A DNA stretch of 64,000 bases from Dehalococcoidia bacterium (lineage in GTDB: Bacteria > Chloroflexota > Dehalococcoidia > GIF9 > DYGU01): positions 5,486-69,485 of the forward strand of contig JBHOQK010000009.1 in assembly GCA_042408205.1 (NCBI GenBank), in the 5' to 3' direction. Below the pieces are notes generated by a model, which was given only the letters and a program-made list of their open reading frames with translations, had not been told where the DNA came from and ran no database searches. Numbering within the stretch: the first letter of the stretch is position 1; each line of letters opens with the position of its first letter. Of the stretch, positions 30,918 to 40,589 are shown piece after piece. The position numbers and the translations under genes are program-made.

Positions 30918-32912
30918 ATGTTTCATACTCCTTTATTTTTCATAATTTTTTGGTTCTTGTTTTTTATTGCCTTTGGTCTTTTTATCTACAGAGCATATCA
31001 GCTTTTTTCTTGGGTACGTTTAGGTACTTATGAAAACCGATTTGATAGACTCATGAGAAGATTCATAAACATGGTTGGTCGGGTTTTTCTTCAGGTTTGT
31101 TCTTTGAGAAGTGTTTCTAAAAAAGATTTAGCTGGTATTGGACATGCCTTTATTTTCTGGGGATTTCTGGCCTTTCTGCTTAATTATCTCCTTTACATTT
31201 TTATTGGTGATGGTCTTGGGCTATCGGAATTAATCCGGGATATTACTTTCTTCCGATATTTTTCATTAATAGTTGATATTGCCGGTGTTTTGGTGGCTTT
31301 AGCTATAATCTGGGCAGCTATTAGACGGTATATTCTAAAGCCAAAAAGATTAGAGCCGACAGCGGAAGCAGCCATTATCTTAGTTTTAATTTTTTCTCTA
31401 ATGCTGGCTCATTTTGCTATAGAAGGATTTCACATCAATGTTACTGAAGACCCTCTGGCTAGGTGGACGCCAATAGGTTTAGCTTTTGCTAATTTCTTTA
31501 AAGGGATAGGTTTGGGACAAAAAATACAAGAAGTTCTCTATCAAGTTACCTGGTGGATTCATTATCTGATTATTATCGGATTTCTGGTTTTTATACTTTA
31601 CTCTAAGCATTTGCATATTATGGTTTCCCCAATAAATATTTTCTTTAGTTCTTTGCGTCCTAAAGGTGCTTTGGTTCCTATTGACCTGGAAAAGGCTGAA
31701 ACTTATGGGGTAAGTCGAATTGAGCAATTTACTTGGAAACAGCTCCTCGATCTCTATGCCTGTACTCAATGTGGGCGGTGTCAGGATAATTGTCCAGCTT
31801 ATGTTACGGGCAAACCTCTCAATCCTAAAGAGGTAATTCTTGATCTTAAAGAATATTTATTAGCAGAAGGTCCAGCGTTACTAACAGCTAAGACAGCCGC
31901 TCCCTCTCGGAATCTGATTGGGGATGTGATAACTGAAGAAGTTCTTTGGTCGTGTACCACTTGCCGAGCTTGTCAAGAGCAATGTCCAGCTCTGATTGAG
32001 CATATTGACAAGATTATTGATATGCGTCGCAGTCTGGTCTTGGAACAAGCTAAAATGCCCGAAACTGCTGAAGCTATTCTTAAATGTATTGAAGCTAGAG
32101 GTCATACTTGTCGAGGTACTACTGCTACCAGAACTGACTGGATAAAGGGTTTGAATATTAAACTTCTTTCTGAAGATAGTGAAGTAGATTTAGTGTATTG
32201 GGTTGGTTGTGCTGCTGCGCTTGAAGAAAGAAATATGAAAGTGGCGGTGGCTATGGCTAAAATTTTACAGGCGGCTGGGATTAAATTTGGTATCCTTGGT
32301 CCTGAGGAGACTTGCTGCGGTGAACCAGCCCGAAGAATAGGTAATGAATATCTTTTCCAGCTTTACGCCCAAAAAAATATCGAAATTTTAAAAAACTATA
32401 ATGTAAAAAAATTAGTTACTTCTTGTCCTCATTGTTTTAATACCCTTAAAAAAGAATATCCTCAATTCGGTGGGGAGTTTGAAGTCGTTCATCATTCTGA
32501 ATTCATTGCCTGGTTGATTAAGGAAGGTAAAATCAAACCGGCGACAATTCTGGGGAAGAAGGTAACCTATCATGATTCCTGTTATTTGGGTCGGTATAAC
32601 GACATTTATGAGCCACCAAGACAAATTATAAAAGTTACTTCAGGAATTAAACCTTTGGAAATGGAAAGGAATCGGCGGACTGGTTTTTGTTGTGGGGGCG
32701 GTGGTGGGCGCTTCTGGATGGAGGAGAGAATTGGCAAAAGGATAAGTGAAGAAAGAATTGAAGAGGTGATAAAAACTGGGGCTGAAATAGTAGCCACCGC
32801 TTGCCCTTATTGTCTTCAAATGTTTGAAGATGCTATAAAAGCTAAAGAATCTCAGGAGTCGCTAAAAGCTTTAGACATTGTTGAATTGGTATTAGAAGTT
32901 GTTAAAAAATAA
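30918..32912 (+). CDS. Fused membrane cytochrome b (NarI/HdrE/DsrM-like, 5 TM) and HdrD/DsrK-like Fe-S oxidoreductase
   Basis: 664 aa. The first 250 residues form 5 TM helices with His in TM2, TM4 and TM5 (GHAFIFWGF, LAHFAIEGFH, WWIHYL...SKHLH). The soluble part has two 4Fe-4S motifs (CTQCGRCQDNCP and CTTCRACQEQCP) and two CCG motifs (TCCGEP and FCCGGGGG). Confidence 0.75.
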   Translation: MFHTPLFFIIFWFLFFIAFGLFIYRAYQLFSWVRLGTYENRFDRLMRRFINMVGRVFLQVCSLRSVSKKDLAGIGHAFIFWGFLAFLLNYLLYIFIGDGLGLSELIRDITFFRYFSLIVDIAGVLVALAIIWAAIRRYILKPKRLEPTAEAAIILVLIFSLMLAHFAIEGFHINVTEDPLARWTPIGLAFANFFKGIGLGQKIQEVLYQVTWWIHYLIIIGFLVFILYSKHLHIMVSPINIFFSSLRPKGALVPIDLEKAETYGVSRIEQFTWKQLLDLYACTQCGRCQDNCPAYVTGKPLNPKEVILDLKEYLLAEGPALLTAKTAAPSRNLIGDVITEEVLWSCTTCRACQEQCPALIEHIDKIIDMRRSLVLEQAKMPETAEAILKCIEARGHTCRGTTATRTDWIKGLNIKLLSEDSEVDLVYWVGCAAALEERNMKVAVAMAKILQAAGIKFGILGPEETCCGEPARRIGNEYLFQLYAQKNIEILKNYNVKKLVTSCPHCFNTLKKEYPQFGGEFEVVHHSEFIAWLIKEGKIKPATILGKKVTYHDSCYLGRYNDIYEPPRQIIKVTSGIKPLEMERNRRTGFCCGGGGGRFWMEERIGKRISEERIEEVIKTGAEIVATACPYCLQMFEDAIKAKESQESLKALDIVELVLEVVKK

Positions 32913-32972
32913 GTTTATACCTCCTAAGGGGGTAATGGGAATAAACCATTTAAGGCTATTGGGAGGTAAAGA

Positions 32973-33284
32973 GTGAGTTTCTGGGATTTAAAGGCATTAA
33001 AGCTGGAGGAGTTTCGTCCTGGGATTAAAAGCCAGGTGGTATCTGGAGCAAATCTAACCATGGCTTTTATGGAAATAGTTGCTGAGAAGGAAGGGGTTCT
33101 TCACGATCATCCCTTTGACCAGTGTGGGATAGTCGTGGAGGGGGAAATAGAGATGTTGATCGGGGAAGAAAAGAAACTACTTAAACCAATGGAGGTTTAT
33201 TTCATCCCAGCGGGGGTAAGCCATAACTGGAAGACTCTAACTTCTTCAGCTAAGATTGTGGATATAGTAGTTAAACAAAGTTAA
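32973..33284 (+). CDS. Cupin-domain protein
   Basis: 103 aa with a small beta-barrel and His ligands (HDHPFDQCGIVVEGE...YFIPAGVSHNW). Confidence 0.6.
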   Translation: MSFWDLKALKLEEFRPGIKSQVVSGANLTMAFMEIVAEKEGVLHDHPFDQCGIVVEGEIEMLIGEEKKLLKPMEVYFIPAGVSHNWKTLTSSAKIVDIVVKQS

Positions 33285-33549
33285 TTCTTTTTACTGGCTT
33301 TCTTTATAGCTTCTAACAAGTATGGCATCGAGTAACCTCCTTACCTTGTTGTTAAAGGTCAGGATGCTATAATTACCCAAAGGGTGAAAATTTAAGTCCG
33401 TCTAAAGAATTTTCTCTACCAAAAGGTTAGATACATTCCGAGAGGGGTTTGAGCTTTGTCAATCCTGATTGTTTTCCTCGTTGTAGGTTTTGGGGAGACA
33501 ATTGGACAGGTGAGCAAGCTTATAATACGAATAGTGAACAAAAGGTTTT

Positions 33550-34214
33550 TCATAAGTCTCTCAAAGTAGTAAACACTAATCTAATGCCCAAAAGTAAAAG
33601 AATTACCCCTGAGGCGCGTCGCAAGACTTCTAAGAGGAGCTGACTCTTGAATAGTTTGGGAACCACACCGCTAAATGGTCCAAGAATTATTAAGGGAGTT
33701 AATATGGGTGCACCAAGTCCAAAAGAAAGACCACATAGGGCTCCAAGGGGGATATTTCTAAGGGTAAAGGCAATATAAGTCAAAATGCCTATGAAGGGAG
33801 CACAATAAGGGGCAATACCAATTAGAAAGCCTAATACTCCCATAGAGAGAACACTGTTTTTAGTGTATATTTACCTAAATAGCGGCACCAATGAAGATGA
33901 GGATTGTGTCCTGTTATAATGAGAAACCCTAAGAGGAGAATAAAAGCTCCTGTACTAAGCTGAACCCAAGAAATAAATGTTTCTCCTCGAAAATGAGTTA
34001 AAAAAACCATGCTGAGTCCTCCGGCTAAAGCGCTTAAGAGGGTATAAGCAAGAAGTCGAGCCAATGAGAAAACCAGAGCAGCTTTAAATCCTCCTTGCCA
34101 TCCCTCCACTGTACCAGTAATATAAAGCAATAACAGTGGGGCGCAGGAAAGCATACACTGACTTATCCCTAAAGTTAGTCCGGTAATGAATAGTGCTACC
34201 AGGGTTTCAATCAA
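33550..34214 (-). pseudogene. ccdA: ccdA-like cytochrome c-type biogenesis / thiol-disulfide transporter, disrupted by a -1 frameshift
   Basis: Two overlapping ORFs in different frames, 34214..33831 and 33843..33550. Together they encode a DsbD/CcdA-type 6-TM protein. The two conserved TM cysteines are present, one in each piece (SCAPLLLLY and APYCAPFIGIL). Restoring one base near the T5 run at about 33857-33861 joins them into one ORF of about 223 aa. Confidence 0.6.
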
Positions 34215-34250
34215 ATTCCCTCTCTCCCTACCCTTTGGCTATTGTGGAAC

Positions 34251-34952
34251 TTATTTTATTCGTCCTACAGGCATGATGTATAATGGCTCTTCGTCTCGGG
34301 GCAGGTGGAGGATAGCTTTGACCTGGTCATCATAGAAAGCCCCAACGACCATGGTTCCAAGTCCGAGGGCAGTTGCCTGAAGATAGACATTCTGCGCAGC
34401 ATGCCCCACCTCCATATGCACATATCTTATCCCCCTCTCTCCATAGCGTTTGGTAGTTCGTTCATAAAATGCTGTAAACACAATGTTAATCGCTGCTTCT
34501 CTTACCCAATTTTGCCCCAGAGCTGCCACGGCTAACTCTTTCCTCAAATCTCCACTAATTAACCTTTTTAACTGATGCTTTCCTGGGTCATACCTGTAAA
34601 CACCAGGTATTAGACCTTCTACATCTCCTACTATTAGATAAGTTTCAAGGGGATACGTGCCTCCTGCTGAAGGAGCTGTTCTCAGTCCTCTTGGGTCAGT
34701 GATTCCTTGAGCTGCCCAAAGAAGCTGTGATACCTCGTGAAGAGTAAGCGGTTTGCCCGTATAATCCCTGATTGACCTTCGCTTAAGCAAAGTTTCTTCA
34801 AGGGAGACATCGCTCTTCAGTCTTGGCTGGGGAAGCTTTAGCTCAACCTGAGCAGGTAACTGAGGTAATGGGGGCTTCTTTGCCGGTACACAGCCCGGCA
34901 ATAGTAAAATTCCCAACATTGACACTACTATTGCCATCAGGACTTTGTCCAA
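34251..34952 (-). CDS. SagB-type dehydrogenase / nitroreductase-family flavoprotein with an N-terminal signal or anchor (lipobox-like LPGC)
   Basis: 233 aa. Has a hydrophobic leader (MAIVVSMLGILLLPGC) and a nitroreductase fold (RRSIRDY...LHEVSQLLWAAQGIT...GGTYPLETY). Confidence 0.7.
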   Translation of the reverse strand: MDKVLMAIVVSMLGILLLPGCVPAKKPPLPQLPAQVELKLPQPRLKSDVSLEETLLKRRSIRDYTGKPLTLHEVSQLLWAAQGITDPRGLRTAPSAGGTYPLETYLIVGDVEGLIPGVYRYDPGKHQLKRLISGDLRKELAVAALGQNWVREAAINIVFTAFYERTTKRYGERGIRYVHMEVGHAAQNVYLQATALGLGTMVVGAFYDDQVKAILHLPRDEEPLYIMPVGRIK

Positions 34953-35112
34953 TATTCTCTCTCCCTGGGGAAAACTTTTTAGTTTTACTATTCCTTTCTC
35001 TTTCTATCATAAGTCAAAATTTAACCTAAGTAAAAAAACGTGGACGGGGGACTGGGATTATATCTGTTTTCTGGTCGAGCAAGACTCTCTAATGTCTCAA
35101 AGTAAGCTGTGA

Positions 35113-36048
35113 CTATAATAGTCTTTTTTCACCTTCTATTGTTTTAATATAAGTTATATCCTGGGTTACTTCCATACAACCAAGGTATTTACCATTGCTG
35201 TCTCTAACGGCAAAATATCGAATATAGACTTTTCTACCTTTATGATCTATCCAGAATTCAGCTACATCCCGCTTACCACTCTTAAAATCATTTAAAATCT
35301 GGTTTACTAAATGGATGCTCTTTTGGGGATGACATTGCTGGACAGTCCTGCCAATAATGGCTCTGCTCCGGGGAAAAATCTTATAGACTCGTTCTTTACT
35401 AAAATACCTTACAATATCTTCATTATCTATAAAAGTAATTTCGAAAGGCAGAGTATCTAACATAACTGCCAGTACCTCCAGGGGCACATTGTAGATAAGG
35501 GGTTTAATAGCTTCTGTCTCCAGTTCTTCCACCATTAAAATATATTTCTGGTGAGTCCCCTCACCCATCTCCTCCTCAATCTTCTCAAACTCGATTACAA
35601 GTTGTTCCGTATCTTGGGATGATAAGACTTTTTTACCGGCGGGGTAGAGGATATCGTCTTCTTTCCAGATATGGTCTTTAATAAGCTCGATATAAGCCAT
35701 AGACGGTTTCACTAATCCTTCTCCATCTTTTTTGTCAATACTGGTCTTCATTTCCAGCAAAAGTTGTCTTCCCCGCTCATGTTCCATAAGCATTACTCCT
35801 ATTGGACCACCGGCTTTCGGTATCCCTTTCCTCTCTAAAATAGGGAAAAGAACTTTTTCTTCTTTTTGATGATGGCATTTATCAGTAAAATTGAGGAAAA
35901 AATCTAAAATCTGTGCTAGCCGACTGAAGTCTCCTCTACCCTCTTTAGCATTCTTTACTTCCTTTTCTAAAATAAATAACATTTTCTCTATCAACCGATG
36001 CTCGTGGTCTAATATCTCAATCCAGTTTTTTTCCATTTTTACCTCCAA
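35113..36048 (-). CDS. Hemerythrin-like (HHE) domain plus DUF438/PAS-like domain protein
   Basis: 311 aa. The N-terminal H...H...E..H pattern is ILDHEHRLIEKML...HHQKEEKVLFP...MEHERG. The C-terminal region is DUF438-like. Confidence 0.65.
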   Translation of the reverse strand: MEVKMEKNWIEILDHEHRLIEKMLFILEKEVKNAKEGRGDFSRLAQILDFFLNFTDKCHHQKEEKVLFPILERKGIPKAGGPIGVMLMEHERGRQLLLEMKTSIDKKDGEGLVKPSMAYIELIKDHIWKEDDILYPAGKKVLSSQDTEQLVIEFEKIEEEMGEGTHQKYILMVEELETEAIKPLIYNVPLEVLAVMLDTLPFEITFIDNEDIVRYFSKERVYKIFPRSRAIIGRTVQQCHPQKSIHLVNQILNDFKSGKRDVAEFWIDHKGRKVYIRYFAVRDSNGKYLGCMEVTQDITYIKTIEGEKRLL

Positions 36049-36215
36049 ATGGATAATGAATATTGAATTTGTTGGAATTATAACACAAGTAATTTATGCC
36101 TTGAATTTATTTTTCCAGGAGCAACCTCTTGACGGGTCGTCTATAATTAGATGAACAAAGATGCTCAGGTTATTATTTAAATTTGTCTTCCACTAATTAT
36201 TTTTAGGGGGCTTTC

Positions 36216-39200
36216 ATGAAGTTAGGCATTGATATTGGTTCAGTCAGTGCTAAGGTGGTAGTGATGGAGGCTAAGAATAATGTGATAGAGACGCACTATG
36301 TTCGCACCAAGGGACAGCCGGTAGAGACAGTTTTAACTATTTTGGAGGAGGTGGTAACAAAATATCCAAACGATTTTGAGGTTGTGGCAGCTACTGGCAC
36401 TGGAGGCAAATTAATTGCTGAACTTTTGGGAGCCCAATTTATTAATGAGATCATTGCTCAAGCTACTGGCACTGGCTACTTTTACCCTGAGGTAAGGACC
36501 ATTATCGAAATTGGTGGCGAGGATTCCAAGCTCATTTTTGTGGAAAATAACAATCCTAAGGGATTACCTCAAGTGGTTGATTTTGCTGTCAATACCATTT
36601 GTGCTGCTGGCACTGGTTCTTTTTTAGATCAACAAGCTTCAAGAATGGGTATTCCTATTGAACAATTTGGTGAAGTAGCCCTTAAATCAGTTCACCCGCC
36701 CCGGATTGCTGGGCGCTGTAGTGTTTTTGCTAAGACAGACATGATTCATTTACAGCAAATTGGCACCCCGGTACATGATATTATTGCTGGTTTGTGCTTT
36801 GCTATGGTAAGGAATTTTATGGCTAATGTTGTTCGAAGCCGTCAATTAACTAAACCAATCTGTTTTCAAGGGGGTGTAGCCGCCAATAAAGGCATCAAAC
36901 GAGCTATTTTGGAAATAATGCAACTAAAAGAAGACGAGCTCATTGTGCCAACTTATTTTGCCTTTATGGGGGCAATTGGGGCAGTTCTTATAGCTAGTGA
37001 AAAAAATTTAGATAACACAGAAAGAGTGAAATTAAATCTCAATCAAATTCGAGAATATGTGAGCCAACGGAAATACGAATTTGTTAGTCTACCTCCCCTT
37101 AAGGGCGATGATTATCCAATATGTATTGAGCCAAGTTCAATTCCTCAAGAGGAAAAGGTTGAGGCTTATGTAGGGGTAGATGTAGGTTCAATAAGCACCA
37201 ATGTAGTAGTTATCGATAGAAAAGGAAATGTTTTAGCGCGGCGTTACTTAATGACTGCCGGTAGACCTATTGAGGCAGTTAAAAAGGGACTTTATGAAGT
37301 TGGTCAGGAAGTTGGAGAAAGAATCGTGGTTAAGGGTGCTGGTTCTACTGGTTCCGGACGATATATGACAGGGGAATTTTTTGGTGCTGATGTGATTCGG
37401 AATGAGATTACCAGCCATGCTAAAGCCGCTGCTTTTATGTACCCTGCGGTTGACACTATTTTCGAAATTGGTGGTCAAGATGCCAAATATATTAGCCTGG
37501 AAAATGGCACCATTGTCGATTTTGCCATGAATAAGGTGTGTGCTGCTGGGACTGGTTCTTTTCTTGAGGAGCAAGCTGAGAAGTTATCGGTTAAGATTGA
37601 TAAAGAGTTTGGAGCTATGGCATTAGCTTCGAACCAGCCTCTGGACCTGGGCGAGCGCTGTACTGTTTTTATGGAGTCCCAGCTTAATTTCTATAAACAA
37701 AAAGGAGCTAAAAAAGAAGATTTGCTGGGTGGTTTAGCTTACTCTATTGTCAAGAACTATTTAACTAAAGTAGTTGAGGACCGTCGGATTGGCACTGAAA
37801 TACTCTTCCAAGGGGGTGTGGCTTATAACCGAGGAGTTAAAGCTGCTTTTGAAAGTGTTTTAGGTAAGAAAGTAAAGGTGCCGCCCCATCACGATATTCT
37901 TGGAGCTATTGGCGTTGCCTTGTTAGCTATGGAGGAAATGGATAGGAAAGGTGGTAAAACTCGGTTTCGGGGTTTTGATCTAAGGGATAGAAAATATGAA
38001 CTTTCCTCTTTTGAATGTCAAGAGTGTCCTAATCACTGTGAAATTAATAAAGTTACCTTTGACACTGATGCCCCTTTGTTTTATGGTTCCCGATGTGGGA
38101 AATATGATAGTGCTAAGAAAAAGCAGCAGCGGGAATCTTTAAAAATTCCTCGGCTTTTTGACGAGCGTTACCATGCTTTAATGAAGGCTTATCCCAAAGA
38201 TAATCCTGATTCTCCCAATGGCAAAAGGATAGGAATTCCCCGGGCTTTGTTCTTCCATGAACTTTTTCCTTTATGGAAAGCCTTTTTTACCGAATTAGGA
38301 TTTCAGGTAGTTGTTTCTGACCCGACTAACCGTAGTATTATTCGCAAAGGCGTTGAGAATGTTGTTGAGGAGCCCTGCTTCCCCATAAAAGTGGCTCATG
38401 GACATGTGCTGAATTTGTTGGAAAAGGACATTGATTTTTTGTTTCTCCCAGTTCAGTGCACTATGGAGAAATTGAGTGACGATTTTGAAAAAGCCTGGAA
38501 TTGTCCTCTAACTCAGAGCTTTCCTTTCTTAATTTATAGTTCGGAACGCATCAAAGAAGCTCTCAATTCAAGAAAAAGCCTGAAAGTACTCAATCCAGTT
38601 TTCCATGCTGACCGGGGGCAAGAGTGGGTGAAGAAAATTTTATCCAGGTTAGCTCGGGAAATAGGTGTGTCTGATAAGAGTTTGGTGGAGAAAGCTATTC
38701 AGGTAGGTTTTGATGCTTTAGATTCGTTTAACACCTGGCAACAAAAACGAGGTCGTGAAATTTTAGCTCAATTAAAGCCTGATGATAAGGCTATTGTTAT
38801 TATTAGCCGGCCTTATAGTGCTTGTGACCCGGGAGTAACTCTGAATTTGCCTGAGAAGTTACGGGATCTGGGAGCCTTAGCTATTCCCTTAGATTTTTTG
38901 CCCCTGAAAGATTTTGCTAAAGAGGTTGCTTCAGTTCATCCTAATATGTACTGGAAAGCCGGACAGAAAATGTTAACCGCTGCCGAAATGATCGCTAATG
39001 ATCCTCGGTTGTTTGGGCTATTCTTAACTAACTTCGGTTGTGGACCTGACTCTTATTTACTAAAGTTTTTCAGCAAAATGACTGAAGGCAAACCTTTTCT
39101 CACCATAGAAATCGACGAACATTCAGCTGATACTGGGATCATTACTCGTTGCGAAGCTTTTTTGGATACTATTCGCCAGGCCAAAACTCGAGGGACGAGG

Positions 39201-40448
39201 AAGCCGCTTCCTGTTTATAGTTTTGTTTCTCCTTATACCAATGGCAGAACTATTTATATTCCGTATATGTTAGACCATGGTTATGTGTTAGCTGCGGCTA
39301 TGAGACATTGTGGCACTCAGGCTGAAGCTCTTCCGCCATCCGATGAGCTTACTCTGGAACTGGGAAGAAGATATACTAGTGGCAAGGAATGTTATCCTAC
39401 TATCATTACTACTGGTGATATTGTTAAAAAGGCACTTTCCCCTGATTTTGAGCCAGAGAGGAGTGCTTTTTTCATGCCTGGTGCCAGGGGACCATGTCGC
39501 TTTGGGCAATATAATAAACTCCATCGCCTTGTCTTAGACGAGTTGGGACTAAATCAGGTACCTATTGTTGTCTTTGACCAGACTAAAGATTTCCATCGTC
39601 ATATGGCTACCTTAGGTCGAAAGTTTCGGTTATTGAGCTGGCGAGCATTTACTATCCTTGACTTAATGCACAAAATAGTTTTGGAGAGACGTCCTTATGA
39701 AGTTAATAAAGGGGAAACTGATTTGGTTTATTTAGAATGGTTAGAGTTGTTAATAAAGTTAGTGGAGCGAGGTGGGGACGGTTTTGACGAATTTAGCCAA
39801 CGGGTTAGAGGTGCTTTTGAAGCTATAAAGATTGATAAAAGTATTACAAAACCTAAAATTGGTATAGTAGGTGAAATTTTTGTTCGGAGTAACCCCTTTG
39901 CCAATGACTTTGTTATTCGTAAGCTGGAAGCCTTGGGGGCTCAATGTTCATTACCCCCCCTTGAAGAGTGGTTAGATTATATTGATTATCAGCGGAAGCG
40001 ACGCTTTTGGCTTGGTGTTGAAGGGACTTGGAAAGATTACCTTAAACAGAAGCTAACCGAGTTTGTTCAAGAAAGGGAAGCTGAAAAAATACGAAAATAC
40101 TTCGATGGTTTTTTGGAGCACTTTGCCCGGGAATTACCTACTTCTGAAATTATAAAGCGAGGTTGTGCTTATTTGAGTCGTGAAATAGAAGGGGAAGCCA
40201 TTTTAAGTATGGGTCGGGCTGTAGAATATGCGGAACATGGTTTTAATGGGGTAGTCAACATATTACCTTTTGGTTGTATGCCTGGGATTACCACCAGTGC
40301 TCTCCTCCACCAATTCCGTGCCCAGCATGGTTTACCTGTATTTAACTTAGTTGTTGACGGCACTAAAGACCCCGGTTTGGATATCCGCCTTGAAGCCTTT
40401 TACTACCAGTGTTGTGAACACATGCACCGTCATCGCTTAAGACGTTAG
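36216..40448 (+). CDS. Giant fusion protein: two BadF/BadG/BcrA/BcrD-type (HgdC-like) activase ATPase modules plus a 2-hydroxyacyl-CoA dehydratase-like (HgdA/B, DUF2229) domain
   Basis: 1410 aa. Two copies of the activase signature are present (IGGEDSKLIF...NTICAAGTGSFLDQQA and IGGQDAKYISL...NKVCAAGTGSFLEEQA). The C-terminal half is dehydratase-like. The RBS is TAGGGGG. Confidence 0.8.
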   Translation: MKLGIDIGSVSAKVVVMEAKNNVIETHYVRTKGQPVETVLTILEEVVTKYPNDFEVVAATGTGGKLIAELLGAQFINEIIAQATGTGYFYPEVRTIIEIGGEDSKLIFVENNNPKGLPQVVDFAVNTICAAGTGSFLDQQASRMGIPIEQFGEVALKSVHPPRIAGRCSVFAKTDMIHLQQIGTPVHDIIAGLCFAMVRNFMANVVRSRQLTKPICFQGGVAANKGIKRAILEIMQLKEDELIVPTYFAFMGAIGAVLIASEKNLDNTERVKLNLNQIREYVSQRKYEFVSLPPLKGDDYPICIEPSSIPQEEKVEAYVGVDVGSISTNVVVIDRKGNVLARRYLMTAGRPIEAVKKGLYEVGQEVGERIVVKGAGSTGSGRYMTGEFFGADVIRNEITSHAKAAAFMYPAVDTIFEIGGQDAKYISLENGTIVDFAMNKVCAAGTGSFLEEQAEKLSVKIDKEFGAMALASNQPLDLGERCTVFMESQLNFYKQKGAKKEDLLGGLAYSIVKNYLTKVVEDRRIGTEILFQGGVAYNRGVKAAFESVLGKKVKVPPHHDILGAIGVALLAMEEMDRKGGKTRFRGFDLRDRKYELSSFECQECPNHCEINKVTFDTDAPLFYGSRCGKYDSAKKKQQRESLKIPRLFDERYHALMKAYPKDNPDSPNGKRIGIPRALFFHELFPLWKAFFTELGFQVVVSDPTNRSIIRKGVENVVEEPCFPIKVAHGHVLNLLEKDIDFLFLPVQCTMEKLSDDFEKAWNCPLTQSFPFLIYSSERIKEALNSRKSLKVLNPVFHADRGQEWVKKILSRLAREIGVSDKSLVEKAIQVGFDALDSFNTWQQKRGREILAQLKPDDKAIVIISRPYSACDPGVTLNLPEKLRDLGALAIPLDFLPLKDFAKEVASVHPNMYWKAGQKMLTAAEMIANDPRLFGLFLTNFGCGPDSYLLKFFSKMTEGKPFLTIEIDEHSADTGIITRCEAFLDTIRQAKTRGTRKPLPVYSFVSPYTNGRTIYIPYMLDHGYVLAAAMRHCGTQAEALPPSDELTLELGRRYTSGKECYPTIITTGDIVKKALSPDFEPERSAFFMPGARGPCRFGQYNKLHRLVLDELGLNQVPIVVFDQTKDFHRHMATLGRKFRLLSWRAFTILDLMHKIVLERRPYEVNKGETDLVYLEWLELLIKLVERGGDGFDEFSQRVRGAFEAIKIDKSITKPKIGIVGEIFVRSNPFANDFVIRKLEALGAQCSLPPLEEWLDYIDYQRKRRFWLGVEGTWKDYLKQKLTEFVQEREAEKIRKYFDGFLEHFARELPTSEIIKRGCAYLSREIEGEAILSMGRAVEYAEHGFNGVVNILPFGCMPGITTSALLHQFRAQHGLPVFNLVVDGTKDPGLDIRLEAFYYQCCEHMHRHRLRR

Positions 40449-40589
40449 GTTAAACATAATTAAACTTCGTTAAGCTACCGAATGTCATGAACTTTTTAGT
40501 ATAAAATTATCCCTAGTTTTCTGATTTGGGTATTTTGGTAATGCAATCTGATTAGGGCATAAAAAATAGTAGTTCCCTCTTTGCTTTTT

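Noticed and set aside
33449-33643. 64-aa plus-strand ORF
   Set aside because: It overlaps the 3' part of the ccdA-like gene on the opposite strand. No support.
36129-36147. TTGACG followed by TATAAT upstream of the giant activase-dehydratase gene
   Set aside because: The spacer is only 7 nt, which is incompatible with a sigma70 promoter.
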